This document shows positions 34,575 through 43,142 of a stretch of 43,734 bases of DNA, in pieces. The translations under genes were made by a program, and so were the position numbers. The DNA comes from Blastocatellia bacterium (GTDB lineage: Bacteria > Acidobacteriota > Blastocatellia > UBA7656): positions 1 to 43,734 of the forward strand of contig JAHFUG010000008.1 of assembly GCA_023265195.1 (NCBI GenBank), read 5' to 3'. The notes beneath the pieces are model-generated. The model was not told where the DNA came from. It did no database searches and was given only the letters and a program-made list of their open reading frames with translations. Numbering within the stretch: the stretch's first letter is position 1; every line of letters starts with the position of its first letter.

Positions 34575-35942
34575 TCACTTCTGTTGCGACGGGGTCGCAA
34601 CCTTGATCACCTTGCCCTCGTTATTCCGCAGCTTGACTACCTGATAGCCGGCATACTGGCCTGGGTCGAGATCGAACTCATAGACTCCTTGCTGTCCCGC
34701 TGGAAGCTTATCCGGTATGACCGGTATGCCACGGCTGTCCGGGGCGCCGCCGTCCTTTCTCGTGAGTGCGACCTCGACCGAAAGGCCAGCGAGTTCTTCC
34801 GAGGAGATATTAATGACCGTTCCACGGGCGACCGCCTGGGGCTGGTCCTTAGTAAGCTCCGGCCGTGAAGGGAATATTTGGGCCTTGACTGGTTCCGACT
34901 CTGATAGCGCGCCTGAGCCACGGGTTCGCGCGACCCAATCGTTCACGGCGGAGTGCAGCTTCGGACTAAGAAAGTATGAGGCGACGGCGCCTCCGATTAT
35001 GATCACGACTACGGCGAGGGTTATGGTTCCACCACGCCCTCCCTCATCGTCGGCCGGTTTGCCGTAGTTCGAAAGCGTTCCGATAGAGCTTTGTCTCGAA
35101 GGCTGGCCGAGCACTATTGGCTTGTCGGAAGGTTCGGCGGGCAAGCCGAGAATTGAACCCGCTTTCACCGGACTTGCCGATGTGCTCACACCGGCGGCAA
35201 CGACGGCCGAGTCGGGATGTTCCGGCGGGGCCGGTGAAAATGGCGCGTGAGCCGATCTCTGTCTTACCTCCGCGCCACGGACCATCCCAGCGAGTGGAGC
35301 TTCCACTTCGTCATCATCGGCGCGGACCATTCCCGGCAGCGGCGCTTCGGCCGCATCCGCCTGGTCAAGCTGGGACCAAATCTCATCGCCAAAGGGCGAG
35401 CCAACGTTTTCCGTTGGAGCGGCCAACGTCGAAGCGGGCTCTGCCGCCGGGCTGCTATCGGCAGCGAGATCATGCGGCTCCACTCGGATCGCCGGCTTGT
35501 CCCTGGCTTCAGACTTAGGGAGCGGCTGCGCGGCTGGCTGCTCAGCAACAAGCCCTGCCGACTCGATCGGGGCCTGCCCATTCGTCACTCGCGACGCTGG
35601 TTCCGGCCGTACTTCGAAGGGTGCGGCGGCAAAGTGCTCCTGCTGTTGCGTTGGTTCGGGAATTTGCTCGGGAAAAGGCGACGAGACTGCATTGCCGCTT
35701 GAAACCGATTCTGAAACGCTCTCTTCGGTGGCGCTCTTTACGACGGGCGGTTCAACCGAAAATAACTTCCGTCCGGCGGCGTCCCAGTCTTCCTCAGCTT
35801 CCTGCTCGGTATTCTTCACGCGCCTGAAGAAATAGACGACGGCTGCAACGCCAAGTATGAGAAAGATCGCGGCTCCGATGATCACGGCCTTCGATAGCGA
35901 CGACCGTGGCGTCTGCAAGATTAGAGTAATGAGGTTTTGCAT
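34575..35942 (-). CDS. hypothetical membrane-anchored protein with a low-complexity Pro/Ala/Glu-rich linker
   Basis: TM segment AVIIGAAIFLILGVAAVVYFF and a second hydrophobic segment ITLAVVVIIIGGAVASYF. Internal repeat AEAPLPGMVRADDDE / VEAPLAGMVRGAE. ATG 35942 avoids translating the upstream 52-nt repeat; the ORF track goes to 35981. Confidence 0.55.
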   Translation of the reverse strand: MQNLITLILQTPRSSLSKAVIIGAAIFLILGVAAVVYFFRRVKNTEQEAEEDWDAAGRKLFSVEPPVVKSATEESVSESVSSGNAVSSPFPEQIPEPTQQQEHFAAAPFEVRPEPASRVTNGQAPIESAGLVAEQPAAQPLPKSEARDKPAIRVEPHDLAADSSPAAEPASTLAAPTENVGSPFGDEIWSQLDQADAAEAPLPGMVRADDDEVEAPLAGMVRGAEVRQRSAHAPFSPAPPEHPDSAVVAAGVSTSASPVKAGSILGLPAEPSDKPIVLGQPSRQSSIGTLSNYGKPADDEGGRGGTITLAVVVIIIGGAVASYFLSPKLHSAVNDWVARTRGSGALSESEPVKAQIFPSRPELTKDQPQAVARGTVINISSEELAGLSVEVALTRKDGGAPDSRGIPVIPDKLPAGQQGVYEFDLDPGQYAGYQVVKLRNNEGKVIKVATPSQQK

Positions 35943-35967
35943 ATTCGCTGTTTTATTCCCCGTGTTT

Positions 35968-36077
35968 CGTTTAGAGCTCACGCTTCAACGTGCGGCAGCC
36001 TAAAGGCTGAACTCTGAACTCGCGTCGTTTAGAGTTCACGCTTCAACGTGCGGCAGCCTAAAGGCTGAACTCTGAAC
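35968..36077. repeat. two tandem 52-nt structured repeats with a 58-bp period and one mismatch
   Basis: Units at 35968-36019 and 36026-36077: cgtttagag[c/t]tcacgcttcaacgtgcggcagcctaaaggctgaactctgaac. In each unit, GTTTAGAGTTCA pairs with TGAACTCTGAAC, and an inner hairpin CAGCC-taaa-GGCTG can form. Confidence 0.9.
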
Positions 36078-36113
36078 AATGGTGCGCCGCGAACCAAGAA
36101 GCGGCGCCAAAAG

Positions 36114-37556
36114 CTACTCGTTCATCGAAGCCATTGATTTCGCCGCGCCGCGCGTGATCTCGGCAACCGCGTTGATGATGGTTTCCTCCTCATCTCTTCG
36201 GACCGTTCGAAGATCGATCAACACCCGGTCCCGCTCGAGCCTTGTAATAATCGGGATGCCGTTAGCTCTCAGCCTCGATTCAACCGAGGCGGCTGAAAGA
36301 GCCTTGCTTGTGAGCGCGACGAGAACGGTCGGAATGCCAACCCCCGGCGCCGAGCCTCCGCCGATCAACGATTCCCCATCTTCCGCCGCCGCTTCGATCA
36401 TTCCACGCGCAACGCCATTCACTCGCGAGCAGAACCTCGACGCGCGTTGGCCCAACTCCTGACGAGTCTCAGCCATCGCTCTTATTACCGGAACGCCGGC
36501 GGCGGCTTCGCCGCGCTCGTACAGTCTCAACGTGGCTTCGAGAGCGGCATAGGTCATCTTATCCACTCTAAGCGCGCGCATCAGGGGGTTCTTTCGGACG
36601 CTGTCGACAATCATCCTGGAGCCCGCGATTATCCCGGCCTGGGGCCCTCCGAGCATCTTGTCGCCGCTGAACGTCGCCACCGACACCCCCGCTTTGATCG
36701 AGCCGGAGACCACCGGTTCGTCTTTTACTCCGTAAGGACCGAGGTCAATCAAACACCCGGAGCCCAGGTCTTCGAATGAAGGGATTCCCGCCGACTGGGC
36801 AAGGCTCGCGATCTCGCGCGCCGTTGGTCTCTCGGTGAAGCCGACGATCTTGTAGTTGGAAGGATGCACGCGAAGAATCAGCCGCGTCTTGTCGTTGATG
36901 GCTCGCTCGTAATCGGCCAGCCGAGTCCGGTTCGTCGTTCCCACCTCGCGTAGGGTGGCTCCGCTCTTTTCCATGATCTCCGGAATGCGAAAGCTGCCGC
37001 CGATCTCGATTAGTTCGCCTCTTGATACGATGACCTCGCCGCCTTCGGCCAGGGTGTTCAAAACGAGCAGCACCGCCGCTGCATTGTTGTTTGTAACGAT
37101 GGCCGCCTCGCTGCCGCAGAGGCGAGCTATAATGCCGGCGGCGTGAGACTCTCGATGGCCCCGCTCGCCTTGGCCGAGATCGTATTCGAGATTGGAATAC
37201 CCGGACGCGATATTCGACACCGCCGCGATTGCGGCGGGGGCCAGAGGAGCACGCCCAAGATTAGTATGAATGATGACCCCGGTTGCGTTCACCACGCGGC
37301 ATAACGAAGGGCTAAGCAGAGCTTTGGTCCTCACGAGGAGCCGGCGTTCTATCTCGTTTCCGATGGATTCGGAATCGGCGAAGGCCGAGATGGCTGAGTC
37401 CCTTGCCGCGGTTATTTGCTCGCGCAGTTGCTCGATGATCTCGCGCAACAGGTCTCGGACCAATTCTCGGTTCAGTTCAGCGGACAAACGCTGAGCCAGC
37501 GTTGTCGACAGAGCGCTTTCGATTGACGGCAACAGCCTCAGTAGTTCACTAGGCAT
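36114..37556 (-). CDS. selA: L-seryl-tRNA(Sec) selenium transferase
   Basis: Collinear with E. coli SelA: HTNLGRA, NLEYDL..G.RGHR, VTNNNAAAVLLVLN, VSRGELIEIGGSFRIPE, GTTNRT and FSGDKMLGGPQAGII (PLP lysine). ATG 37556 (MPSELLRLLPSI) is preferred over the ORF-track start at 37751. Confidence 0.93.
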   Translation of the reverse strand: MPSELLRLLPSIESALSTTLAQRLSAELNRELVRDLLREIIEQLREQITAARDSAISAFADSESIGNEIERRLLVRTKALLSPSLCRVVNATGVIIHTNLGRAPLAPAAIAAVSNIASGYSNLEYDLGQGERGHRESHAAGIIARLCGSEAAIVTNNNAAAVLLVLNTLAEGGEVIVSRGELIEIGGSFRIPEIMEKSGATLREVGTTNRTRLADYERAINDKTRLILRVHPSNYKIVGFTERPTAREIASLAQSAGIPSFEDLGSGCLIDLGPYGVKDEPVVSGSIKAGVSVATFSGDKMLGGPQAGIIAGSRMIVDSVRKNPLMRALRVDKMTYAALEATLRLYERGEAAAGVPVIRAMAETRQELGQRASRFCSRVNGVARGMIEAAAEDGESLIGGGSAPGVGIPTVLVALTSKALSAASVESRLRANGIPIITRLERDRVLIDLRTVRRDEEETIINAVAEITRGAAKSMASMNE

Positions 37557-37665
37557 TGAGTCACGTCTTGACGGTGAATTATGTTGACACTGTGAAGTGC
37601 CTGCCGTACATTCTAACACAACCCCCATTCGATCCAAATGCAGCGTCCCCCGCGGCTCGAACCGA

Positions 37666-38238
37666 ATGGAGCAAAAATCCGACAACCCGATAGATCTCGA
37701 TCTCGACAAGCTCGAGTTGGAGATGCGCCGCTTGAAGATAGAATACGACATCTATTTCAACGGTGGAACAGTCAAGCCGCCCCTGGACACGAAAGGCCGC
37801 GTTGAATCGACGATCAAAAGGGTCTTCGACATGCGGGGGCTCTCGTTTGTCCAGCGGTTTCGCTATAACAGCCTTGTCGCGCGCTACAACGCCCTGCGCG
37901 AGTTGTGGCGAAGGCAAACAGGCGATCGCGAAGAGAGCGGCAAACCTCCCACGGCCGAGGCTCAAGCAGCCGCGCGGTCGCACTCGGTCGTAGTGCGCTG
38001 CTCGGATCCCCGGCGCGAACCCGAGAAAGTCAGCGACCTGTACGACCATCTCATCGCCGCAAAGCGTGAATGCGGCGAAAAGATCGGCAACCTGACTTAC
38101 GAGGTCTTCAGCAGGTTCCTCAGTTCACGCACCGACCAGATCAAGAGCGACCTCGACGCGGAAGCGGTTGATTTCGTAGTCGGAGTGGACAACGGGCACG
38201 TCAAATTCGCGGCCAGGCCATCAATTGCCGACGATTGA
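37666..38238 (+). CDS. hypothetical protein
   Basis: About 190 aa counted from ATG 37666 (MEQKSDNPIDLDLDKLELEMRRLKIEYDIYFNG). Divergent from selA. No family confidently recognised. Confidence 0.55.
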   Translation: MEQKSDNPIDLDLDKLELEMRRLKIEYDIYFNGGTVKPPLDTKGRVESTIKRVFDMRGLSFVQRFRYNSLVARYNALRELWRRQTGDREESGKPPTAEAQAAARSHSVVVRCSDPRREPEKVSDLYDHLIAAKRECGEKIGNLTYEVFSRFLSSRTDQIKSDLDAEAVDFVVGVDNGHVKFAARPSIADD

Positions 38239-38440
38239 GCCGTGGCGAGTTGGTGAAGCGGCCAGCGCTGAAGGCGCTAAAAGCCCTGCGCTCGAATTCG
38301 TCCTTCTTCAATATTGAACCTCTCTCTGCTTGACCTGATCCGTTTTGTCCTAAAGTGTGTTGCTATCGAAGCTGGCCACCCCGTCGGTCGATTTGGCTAT
38401 GATTCAATGAAAAGCTCCTGAGTGAGAGTAGTTAGTTTAG

Positions 38441-38611
38441 TCTCGTAGAGACGACCTATCTGTAGTCCGAGCCGCTGAATCCCTCTTAGCGAAGTTAGAG
38501 GCAACCCCTTGCGGCAGAGGATGGGTCGCTCCTAACGGAGCTACGACCCCTAACGGAAGCGGCAGCGGTAGTCATCGCTCGTATCTACAGACAGGTCTCT
38601 CCTACGGAGAT
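38441..38611 (+). ncRNA. candidate structured RNA or 5' leader element (family unassigned)
   Basis: Long-range pairing of gacctatctgtag (38454-38466) with ctacagacaggtc (38586-38598). Enclosed hairpins include GCTCC-taac-GGAGC (38529-38542), GCAA-cccc-TTGC and CCTCT..AGAGG. Flanking hairpins are GTCTC-gta-GAGAC and TCTCC-tac-GGAGA. The strand is not established. Confidence 0.2.
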
Positions 38612-38748
38612 GCGGTACAAGCCGCTAGGTAAAACTCCGCCGATCCGCTGAACACCATCCCGGCTTCGTGGGTATTGTTCTATTGAAAGTATAAGTATCG
38701 AGAGTTACACTTTGCCAAGCATACAAGCCACAAGGAGGATGAACTACA

Positions 38749-38982
38749 ATGACAAGGTCGAAGACACTAAGAAGAAGACTCTACAGATTTCTGGTGCTGG
38801 CCGCGCTAGCGGTCTCATTGGGCGTCCTGCCTGCCGCCAAGTCAAGTTCACAATCCGATTGCTGCACCAAGTGCTTGCAGCGATTTCTGCAATGCGACGG
38901 AACTACGATAGTCTGTTGCAACATCTACAAGACGTGCGTGCAGCAATGCCAGGGTGGATGCCCATCTTGCCCCGATCAATAG
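38749..38982 (+). CDS. small secreted cysteine-rich protein (77 aa, 10 Cys in the roughly 46-aa mature part)
   Basis: AAGGAGG (38732-38738) lies upstream of ATG 38749. Signal peptide MTRSKTLRRRLYRFLVLAALAVSLGVLPAA. Mature part SDCCTKCLQRFLQCDGTTIVCCNIYKTCVQQCQGGCPSCPDQ. A hairpin follows 3 nt after the stop. Confidence 0.55.
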   Translation: MTRSKTLRRRLYRFLVLAALAVSLGVLPAAKSSSQSDCCTKCLQRFLQCDGTTIVCCNIYKTCVQQCQGGCPSCPDQ

Positions 38983-38984
38983 TC

Positions 38985-39006
38985 AAGCTGCCTTCCAGGG
39001 CAGCTT
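38985..39006 (+). terminator. terminator-like hairpin after the Cys-rich ORF
   Basis: AAGCTGCC-ttccag-GGCAGCTT, a perfect 8-bp stem followed by cttcgcc. Confidence 0.45.
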
Positions 39007-39106
39007 CTTCGCCAATACTCGGCGCCCTGGCCCAACACCGCGTGGTTGATAGATCGCACGAATACAATTCGTGGCGTTCGCCGTAGCTGTGTGACGCTGT
39101 CTCGAA

Positions 39107-41179
39107 TTGCTTGCTCATTGGGCCGTGGCTTGCGACATGCGACACGGCAGATCGTTTATGACGGGCTCGCAAAAAGAAGACCTCATCGACGCCACGCGAG
39201 ACACCAGTGTCCCATGCATGGTCACCGCCGTGTTATTCGTGCTCGTCACGATTTGCAGTGGGGGTTACTCGAAATCAATTGGAACAATCCAGACCAACGC
39301 AACGACAGCGAACACCACCGCGGATGAGTGGCCCTGTTACGGCCGCGATCCCGGCGGCGCAAGGTACTCGCCGCTTCGATTGATTTCGCGAGAGAATGTC
39401 CGTGAGCTGAAAGTCGCCTGGGTCTATCGGACTGGAGATCTTTCGAGCGAAAAAACCGCCGAGACCACGCAGTTTGAAGCCACGCCAATAATGGTCTGGG
39501 GTACGCTGTTTCTTCCTACACCGTTCAATAGAGTGATAGCGCTCGATCCGCAAACCGGCCGGAAGCAGTGGGAGTACGATCCCAAGATCGATCTGTCGAC
39601 GCCGTATGGAGACGGACTGACTTGCCGAGGCGTAGCGGCTTGGCTCGACACGGAGCAACCCTCGGGATCGCCTTGCAGCCGGAGAGTGTTTGTTGCGACA
39701 AACGACGGGCGGCTGATCGCGCTGGACGCCGGTCACGGAAACCCCTGCGCGGACTTCGGCGATCGCGGGCAGGTAATGCTCACAAGTGGACTAGGTAAGC
39801 TGAAGCCGGGCGAATACCACATCACGTCACCGCCCGCCGTTATCGGCAGCCTCGTCATAGTTGGATCGGCAATCACGGACAATGAGCGCGCTCATGCTCC
39901 AAGCGGAGTAGTGCGAGCCTTTGATGCGCGAACGGGAGAGCTTCGATGGAGTTGGGATCCGATTCCAAGGCGCGGAAAAGATCCGGCGGCGAAATCATGG
40001 GCAAGAGGAAGCGCATCGAGAACGGGAGCCGCGAATGTATGGTCGATCATTTCAGCCGATCTTGAGCGCGATCTCTTGGTCCTTCCGACCAGCAGTCCGA
40101 GTCCCGACTTTTATGGCGGCAGGCGGCCGGGAGACAATCTGTATTCCGACTCGGTCGTGGCCTTGCGAGCCTCCACAGGCAAGGTTGTATGGAGCTTTCA
40201 AGTCGTTCACCACGATGTGTGGGATTACGACGTGCCCGCCCAGCCTACGTTAATAACTCTCCGCCGTGGCGGCGCCGCCATACCCGCGGTCGCGGTGGCG
40301 ACGAAGATGGGGCACGTCTTCGTGCTCGACCGCATTACAGGCAAAACGCTCTTTCTGATCGAGGAACGCCCCGTGCCTCAGGCGGGTGTGAAGGGGGAAG
40401 CGCTTTCTCGCAAACAACCCTTCCCTGTCCTGCCGCCGCCGCTCGCGCCAGGGAAGCTCACGCCCGACGATGCGTGGGGCGTCACAGCCGAAGATCGGGA
40501 ATGGTGCCGCGAACAAATCAAGCCGCTACGTTCCGAAGGTATTTTCACTCCGCCGAGTCTTCAGGGCTCGATCATCTTCCCGGGCAACATAGGTGGCGCC
40601 CATTGGGGAGGCGCGTCATTCGACCCGGCTCGCGCGGCCCTGGTCGTGAACACGAACAACTTCGCGTTTGTCGTGAAGCTGATCCCTCGAAATCGTTATG
40701 AAGCCGAGATTCAGGCTCATCCTCGCGCCGACGTGGCGCCTCAAGCTGGAACGCCTTACGCGATGCGGCGCGATATACTGCGGACTCCTCGTGGTATATT
40801 TTGCAACGCGCCGCCTTGGGGTAAGCTGACGGCCATCGATCTGGAAAGCGGAAGCATTCGATGGTCGGCCGCGCTTGGGACCGTGCCGGCTCTAGCCGGC
40901 TTGCCCGGTTCAGCCGCGTGGGGGTCGCCAAACCTCGGAGGGTCGATCGTCACGGCGGGTGGATTGGTGTTCATAGCAGCCTCGATGGATAAGTTTCTTC
41001 GAGCATTCGACATCGATACGGGGGCGGAACTTTGGAAAGCAGAGTTGCCGGCAAGCGCGCAGGCGACTCCTATGACTTACAGCGTTAATGGCAGACAATA
41101 CGTCGTCATTGCGGCAGGGGGGCACGGGCGGCTCGGAACGGAACTCGGCGATTACGTGGTAGCTTTGGCGCTTCCTTAG
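39107..41179 (+). CDS. PQQ-dependent dehydrogenase (quinoprotein, glucose/quinate/shikimate-type beta-propeller) with an N-terminal membrane anchor
   Basis: DEWPCYGRDPGGARYSPL matches the W..YG.d...rYSpL hallmark. Also TPIMV, VVALRASTGKVVWSFQVVHHDVWDYD and GGHWGG, with repeated propeller W-motifs. The start is uncertain (TTG 39107, ATG 39137 or ATG 39158). Confidence 0.88.
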   Translation: MLAHWAVACDMRHGRSFMTGSQKEDLIDATRDTSVPCMVTAVLFVLVTICSGGYSKSIGTIQTNATTANTTADEWPCYGRDPGGARYSPLRLISRENVRELKVAWVYRTGDLSSEKTAETTQFEATPIMVWGTLFLPTPFNRVIALDPQTGRKQWEYDPKIDLSTPYGDGLTCRGVAAWLDTEQPSGSPCSRRVFVATNDGRLIALDAGHGNPCADFGDRGQVMLTSGLGKLKPGEYHITSPPAVIGSLVIVGSAITDNERAHAPSGVVRAFDARTGELRWSWDPIPRRGKDPAAKSWARGSASRTGAANVWSIISADLERDLLVLPTSSPSPDFYGGRRPGDNLYSDSVVALRASTGKVVWSFQVVHHDVWDYDVPAQPTLITLRRGGAAIPAVAVATKMGHVFVLDRITGKTLFLIEERPVPQAGVKGEALSRKQPFPVLPPPLAPGKLTPDDAWGVTAEDREWCREQIKPLRSEGIFTPPSLQGSIIFPGNIGGAHWGGASFDPARAALVVNTNNFAFVVKLIPRNRYEAEIQAHPRADVAPQAGTPYAMRRDILRTPRGIFCNAPPWGKLTAIDLESGSIRWSAALGTVPALAGLPGSAAWGSPNLGGSIVTAGGLVFIAASMDKFLRAFDIDTGAELWKAELPASAQATPMTYSVNGRQYVVIAAGGHGRLGTELGDYVVALALP

Positions 41180-41193
41180 GAGGTTTCATCCCC

Positions 41194-41628
41194 TTAGAGT
41201 CTTTGTAACAACTCCTCGTGTGAGAATGTGTCGGCCGGCCAGACAACTGATAACTCATCTCCAAGCAACGGTCTTAACCATTCGATGACGTTTCTAATAT
41301 TCAGAGAGAGACCCAACAACATGGCGGCTGCTCCGAGGCCGAACCAAAGAAAGTTACTTGCGAAACGCAGGCGGCTCGGCTTCCTTCGCGCCGGAATTTG
41401 CAGCCGATGTCGACTTACCCAAAGGACCCCTCCTTTTACGTAGCGAAACAACAGTACGGAATGTCGAACGTTCTTCCAAGTGATTTTCGAACCTGCGGCC
41501 TCCGACCCAGGCGAGCCGGCCTTCTCAAGTTGATCCTCGATGGTATAGACGCAAGACAAGGACTGAGCTATTTGTCGGCGACGTATAAGAGCTGCCCCTT
41601 GTGGTATTCGGCGGAAATCATTGAACAT
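41194..41628 (-). CDS. hypothetical protein (weak call)
   Basis: 144-aa ORF with one hydrophobic segment FLWFGLGAAAMLLGLSL. No RBS and no recognisable family. Confidence 0.3.
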   Translation of the reverse strand: MFNDFRRIPQGAALIRRRQIAQSLSCVYTIEDQLEKAGSPGSEAAGSKITWKNVRHSVLLFRYVKGGVLWVSRHRLQIPARRKPSRLRFASNFLWFGLGAAAMLLGLSLNIRNVIEWLRPLLGDELSVVWPADTFSHEELLQRL

Positions 41629-41668
41629 TGACGCCCAAGAGTCTGCCGAGTCAGCTTCCCGGATTCAC

Positions 41669-41737
41669 CGCTGATCTTCGCGCCTTCGCGTCGCTGATCC
41701 ACGTTGATCAGCGTTGCGCGGTCAGCGCAAATCAGCG
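41669..41737. repeat. cluster of five [A/G][A/G]TCAGCG / CGCTGATC octamers including a perfect palindrome
   Basis: CGCTGATC occurs at 41669 and 41692. GATCAGCG is at 41706, GGTCAGCG at 41720 and AATCAGCG at 41730. CGCTGATC-cacgtt-GATCAGCG is an 8-bp inverted repeat, followed by hairpin TTGCGC-ggtca-GCGCAA. Confidence 0.85.
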
Positions 41738-41945
41738 ATTTCCGGTAAGGCAACTTCAGCCGAGCGCCACTAGGAAATGGTCGGACGATTCTATGGATTC
41801 CCAAGCTCTATGAGATTTATAGGCAGGTGTTCATTCTCTATTTTTCTGATGCGTGAAGCGGAGCGAGTGTTCGTAGTGATAATCCTTGACGCGCTGGGCG
41901 CTCGCTCGCTTAGCCCCCGCGGTCGGTCGCCGAGTATCGGAAAGC

Positions 41946-41971
41946 GGGCGGCGAGCCGGAACCCGCCGCCC
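41946..41971 (-). terminator. terminator-like hairpin downstream of the 41997..43142 gene
   Basis: GGGCGGCG / CGCCGCCC form an 8-bp GC stem with a ~10-nt loop, 26 nt after the stop on the minus strand. Confidence 0.4.
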
Positions 41972-41996
41972 TATACAACAGCAAGCCGCCTGGCCC

Positions 41997-43142
41997 TTAC
42001 TTCACGCCTAGCACGTGAACGATGGGAACAATGCAATCACCGTTGAAGATATACCTCACTGTGTATGCAAACGATCCCGCTGGGATAAGCACGCCAGCAC
42101 TGCTGGTTTGGGTGTCATGAAGTTGATTGAGCGGAACCCCATCATTGCCGTCCCAATCAGTATTGCCGTTGAAAGGCGAGCCCGGACCCTTGATTTGTGT
42201 CAGAGCAAGCGGGTTGGGCCCTATGTACGTCCTTTCATTGGTAGCGAACAGTAACGGGAACGTGCTGAAGCCTACCTGGCCATCGGAGCCAAGCCGAGTA
42301 TGCTTCAAGGTTGTGTATGCGGGCAGCCCCACGCCTAAAGCGTGGTTCACGGTCAGCGCGCCAAAACTCATTTGCACTACAGGGTGGGTGAAGACCCGGG
42401 CAGTCACGGGCACGCTGGCATGCGAGTAAATGATGACCAGACTCGCGCCTTCAGACAGCGGTGTCGGGGCGGGAACCGGCGCCGTCAGCCACGGATCGCG
42501 GCCATCGGTCAGTGAGGATGGCAGGTTGCTCACAAGGTAGTCGGCGTTGATTCCCGGATTCAACAGCGCGATCACACTTGCCGAGTACGCAACAAAGAAA
42601 CTGCCAGGCCAGCACGGCGGAGCCGTCGTCCCCAACAGGTTCCCCGTCACGTTGACGCCTCTAAACGTAATAGTCTGCGTCAGTGGGACGGCCACCCCGC
42701 TGAGTATCTCGCCCCAATAAAGGGTAGCCCTGACCGCGACTGCGCCGGGAGGAACGCCACGCAGCCGGATTGTGCCGTATCCGGTGTTTCTGGTTGCGAC
42801 ACCGTTCGCCACATGATCAAGGCCGCCCGGCAGCGGGACCGCGATCGGACAAAGGCCCGGTGTGGCGGTCGTGGCGGCTTCGGTGATGTTAGCCGCGGAG
42901 GCGGTTGTGTCCGTTCTATCATCAGGAGCAAAGGGGTCCTTCTCGACCGAGTCCTTGTCAAAGGAGTCGCCCTTTTCGATTGTTATTTCCTGATCCGCGG
43001 AGCGAGTTGAATTCGTGCCCAACTTGTCTTGAGTCTGTGCACTAACCAACTGCGAAGTCGTGAAAGGTTGTCCGGCGATTGCCCAAACGAAAAGCACGGT
43101 GGCCGCCAGCGAAAACGCGCGTCGTACGTTCAATCTTCTCAT
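41997..43142 (-). CDS. hypothetical secreted protein
   Basis: 381 aa. Strong RBS (minus strand reads taGGAGGtaattaggATG). Signal peptide MRRLNVRRAFSLAATVLFVWAIAG. Acidic, Thr-rich linker followed by a beta-rich region. No family recognised. Confidence 0.72.
   Translation of the reverse strand: MRRLNVRRAFSLAATVLFVWAIAGQPFTTSQLVSAQTQDKLGTNSTRSADQEITIEKGDSFDKDSVEKDPFAPDDRTDTTASAANITEAATTATPGLCPIAVPLPGGLDHVANGVATRNTGYGTIRLRGVPPGAVAVRATLYWGEILSGVAVPLTQTITFRGVNVTGNLLGTTAPPCWPGSFFVAYSASVIALLNPGINADYLVSNLPSSLTDGRDPWLTAPVPAPTPLSEGASLVIIYSHASVPVTARVFTHPVVQMSFGALTVNHALGVGLPAYTTLKHTRLGSDGQVGFSTFPLLFATNERTYIGPNPLALTQIKGPGSPFNGNTDWDGNDGVPLNQLHDTQTSSAGVLIPAGSFAYTVRYIFNGDCIVPIVHVLGVK

Noticed and set aside
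35968-36077. Possible mini-CRISPR array, because GTTTAGAG is reminiscent of some CRISPR repeat starts.
   Set aside because: There are only two copies, the spacer between them is 6 nt, and no cas genes are in the window. Reported as a tandem structured repeat instead.
38712-39086. A 124-aa ORF overlapping the Cys-rich ORF in another frame.
   Set aside because: Its internal ATG 38739 abuts the Shine-Dalgarno with zero spacing. It has no signal or family features and would read through the 38985-39006 hairpin. The Cys-rich frame has a proper signal peptide and ends just before that hairpin.
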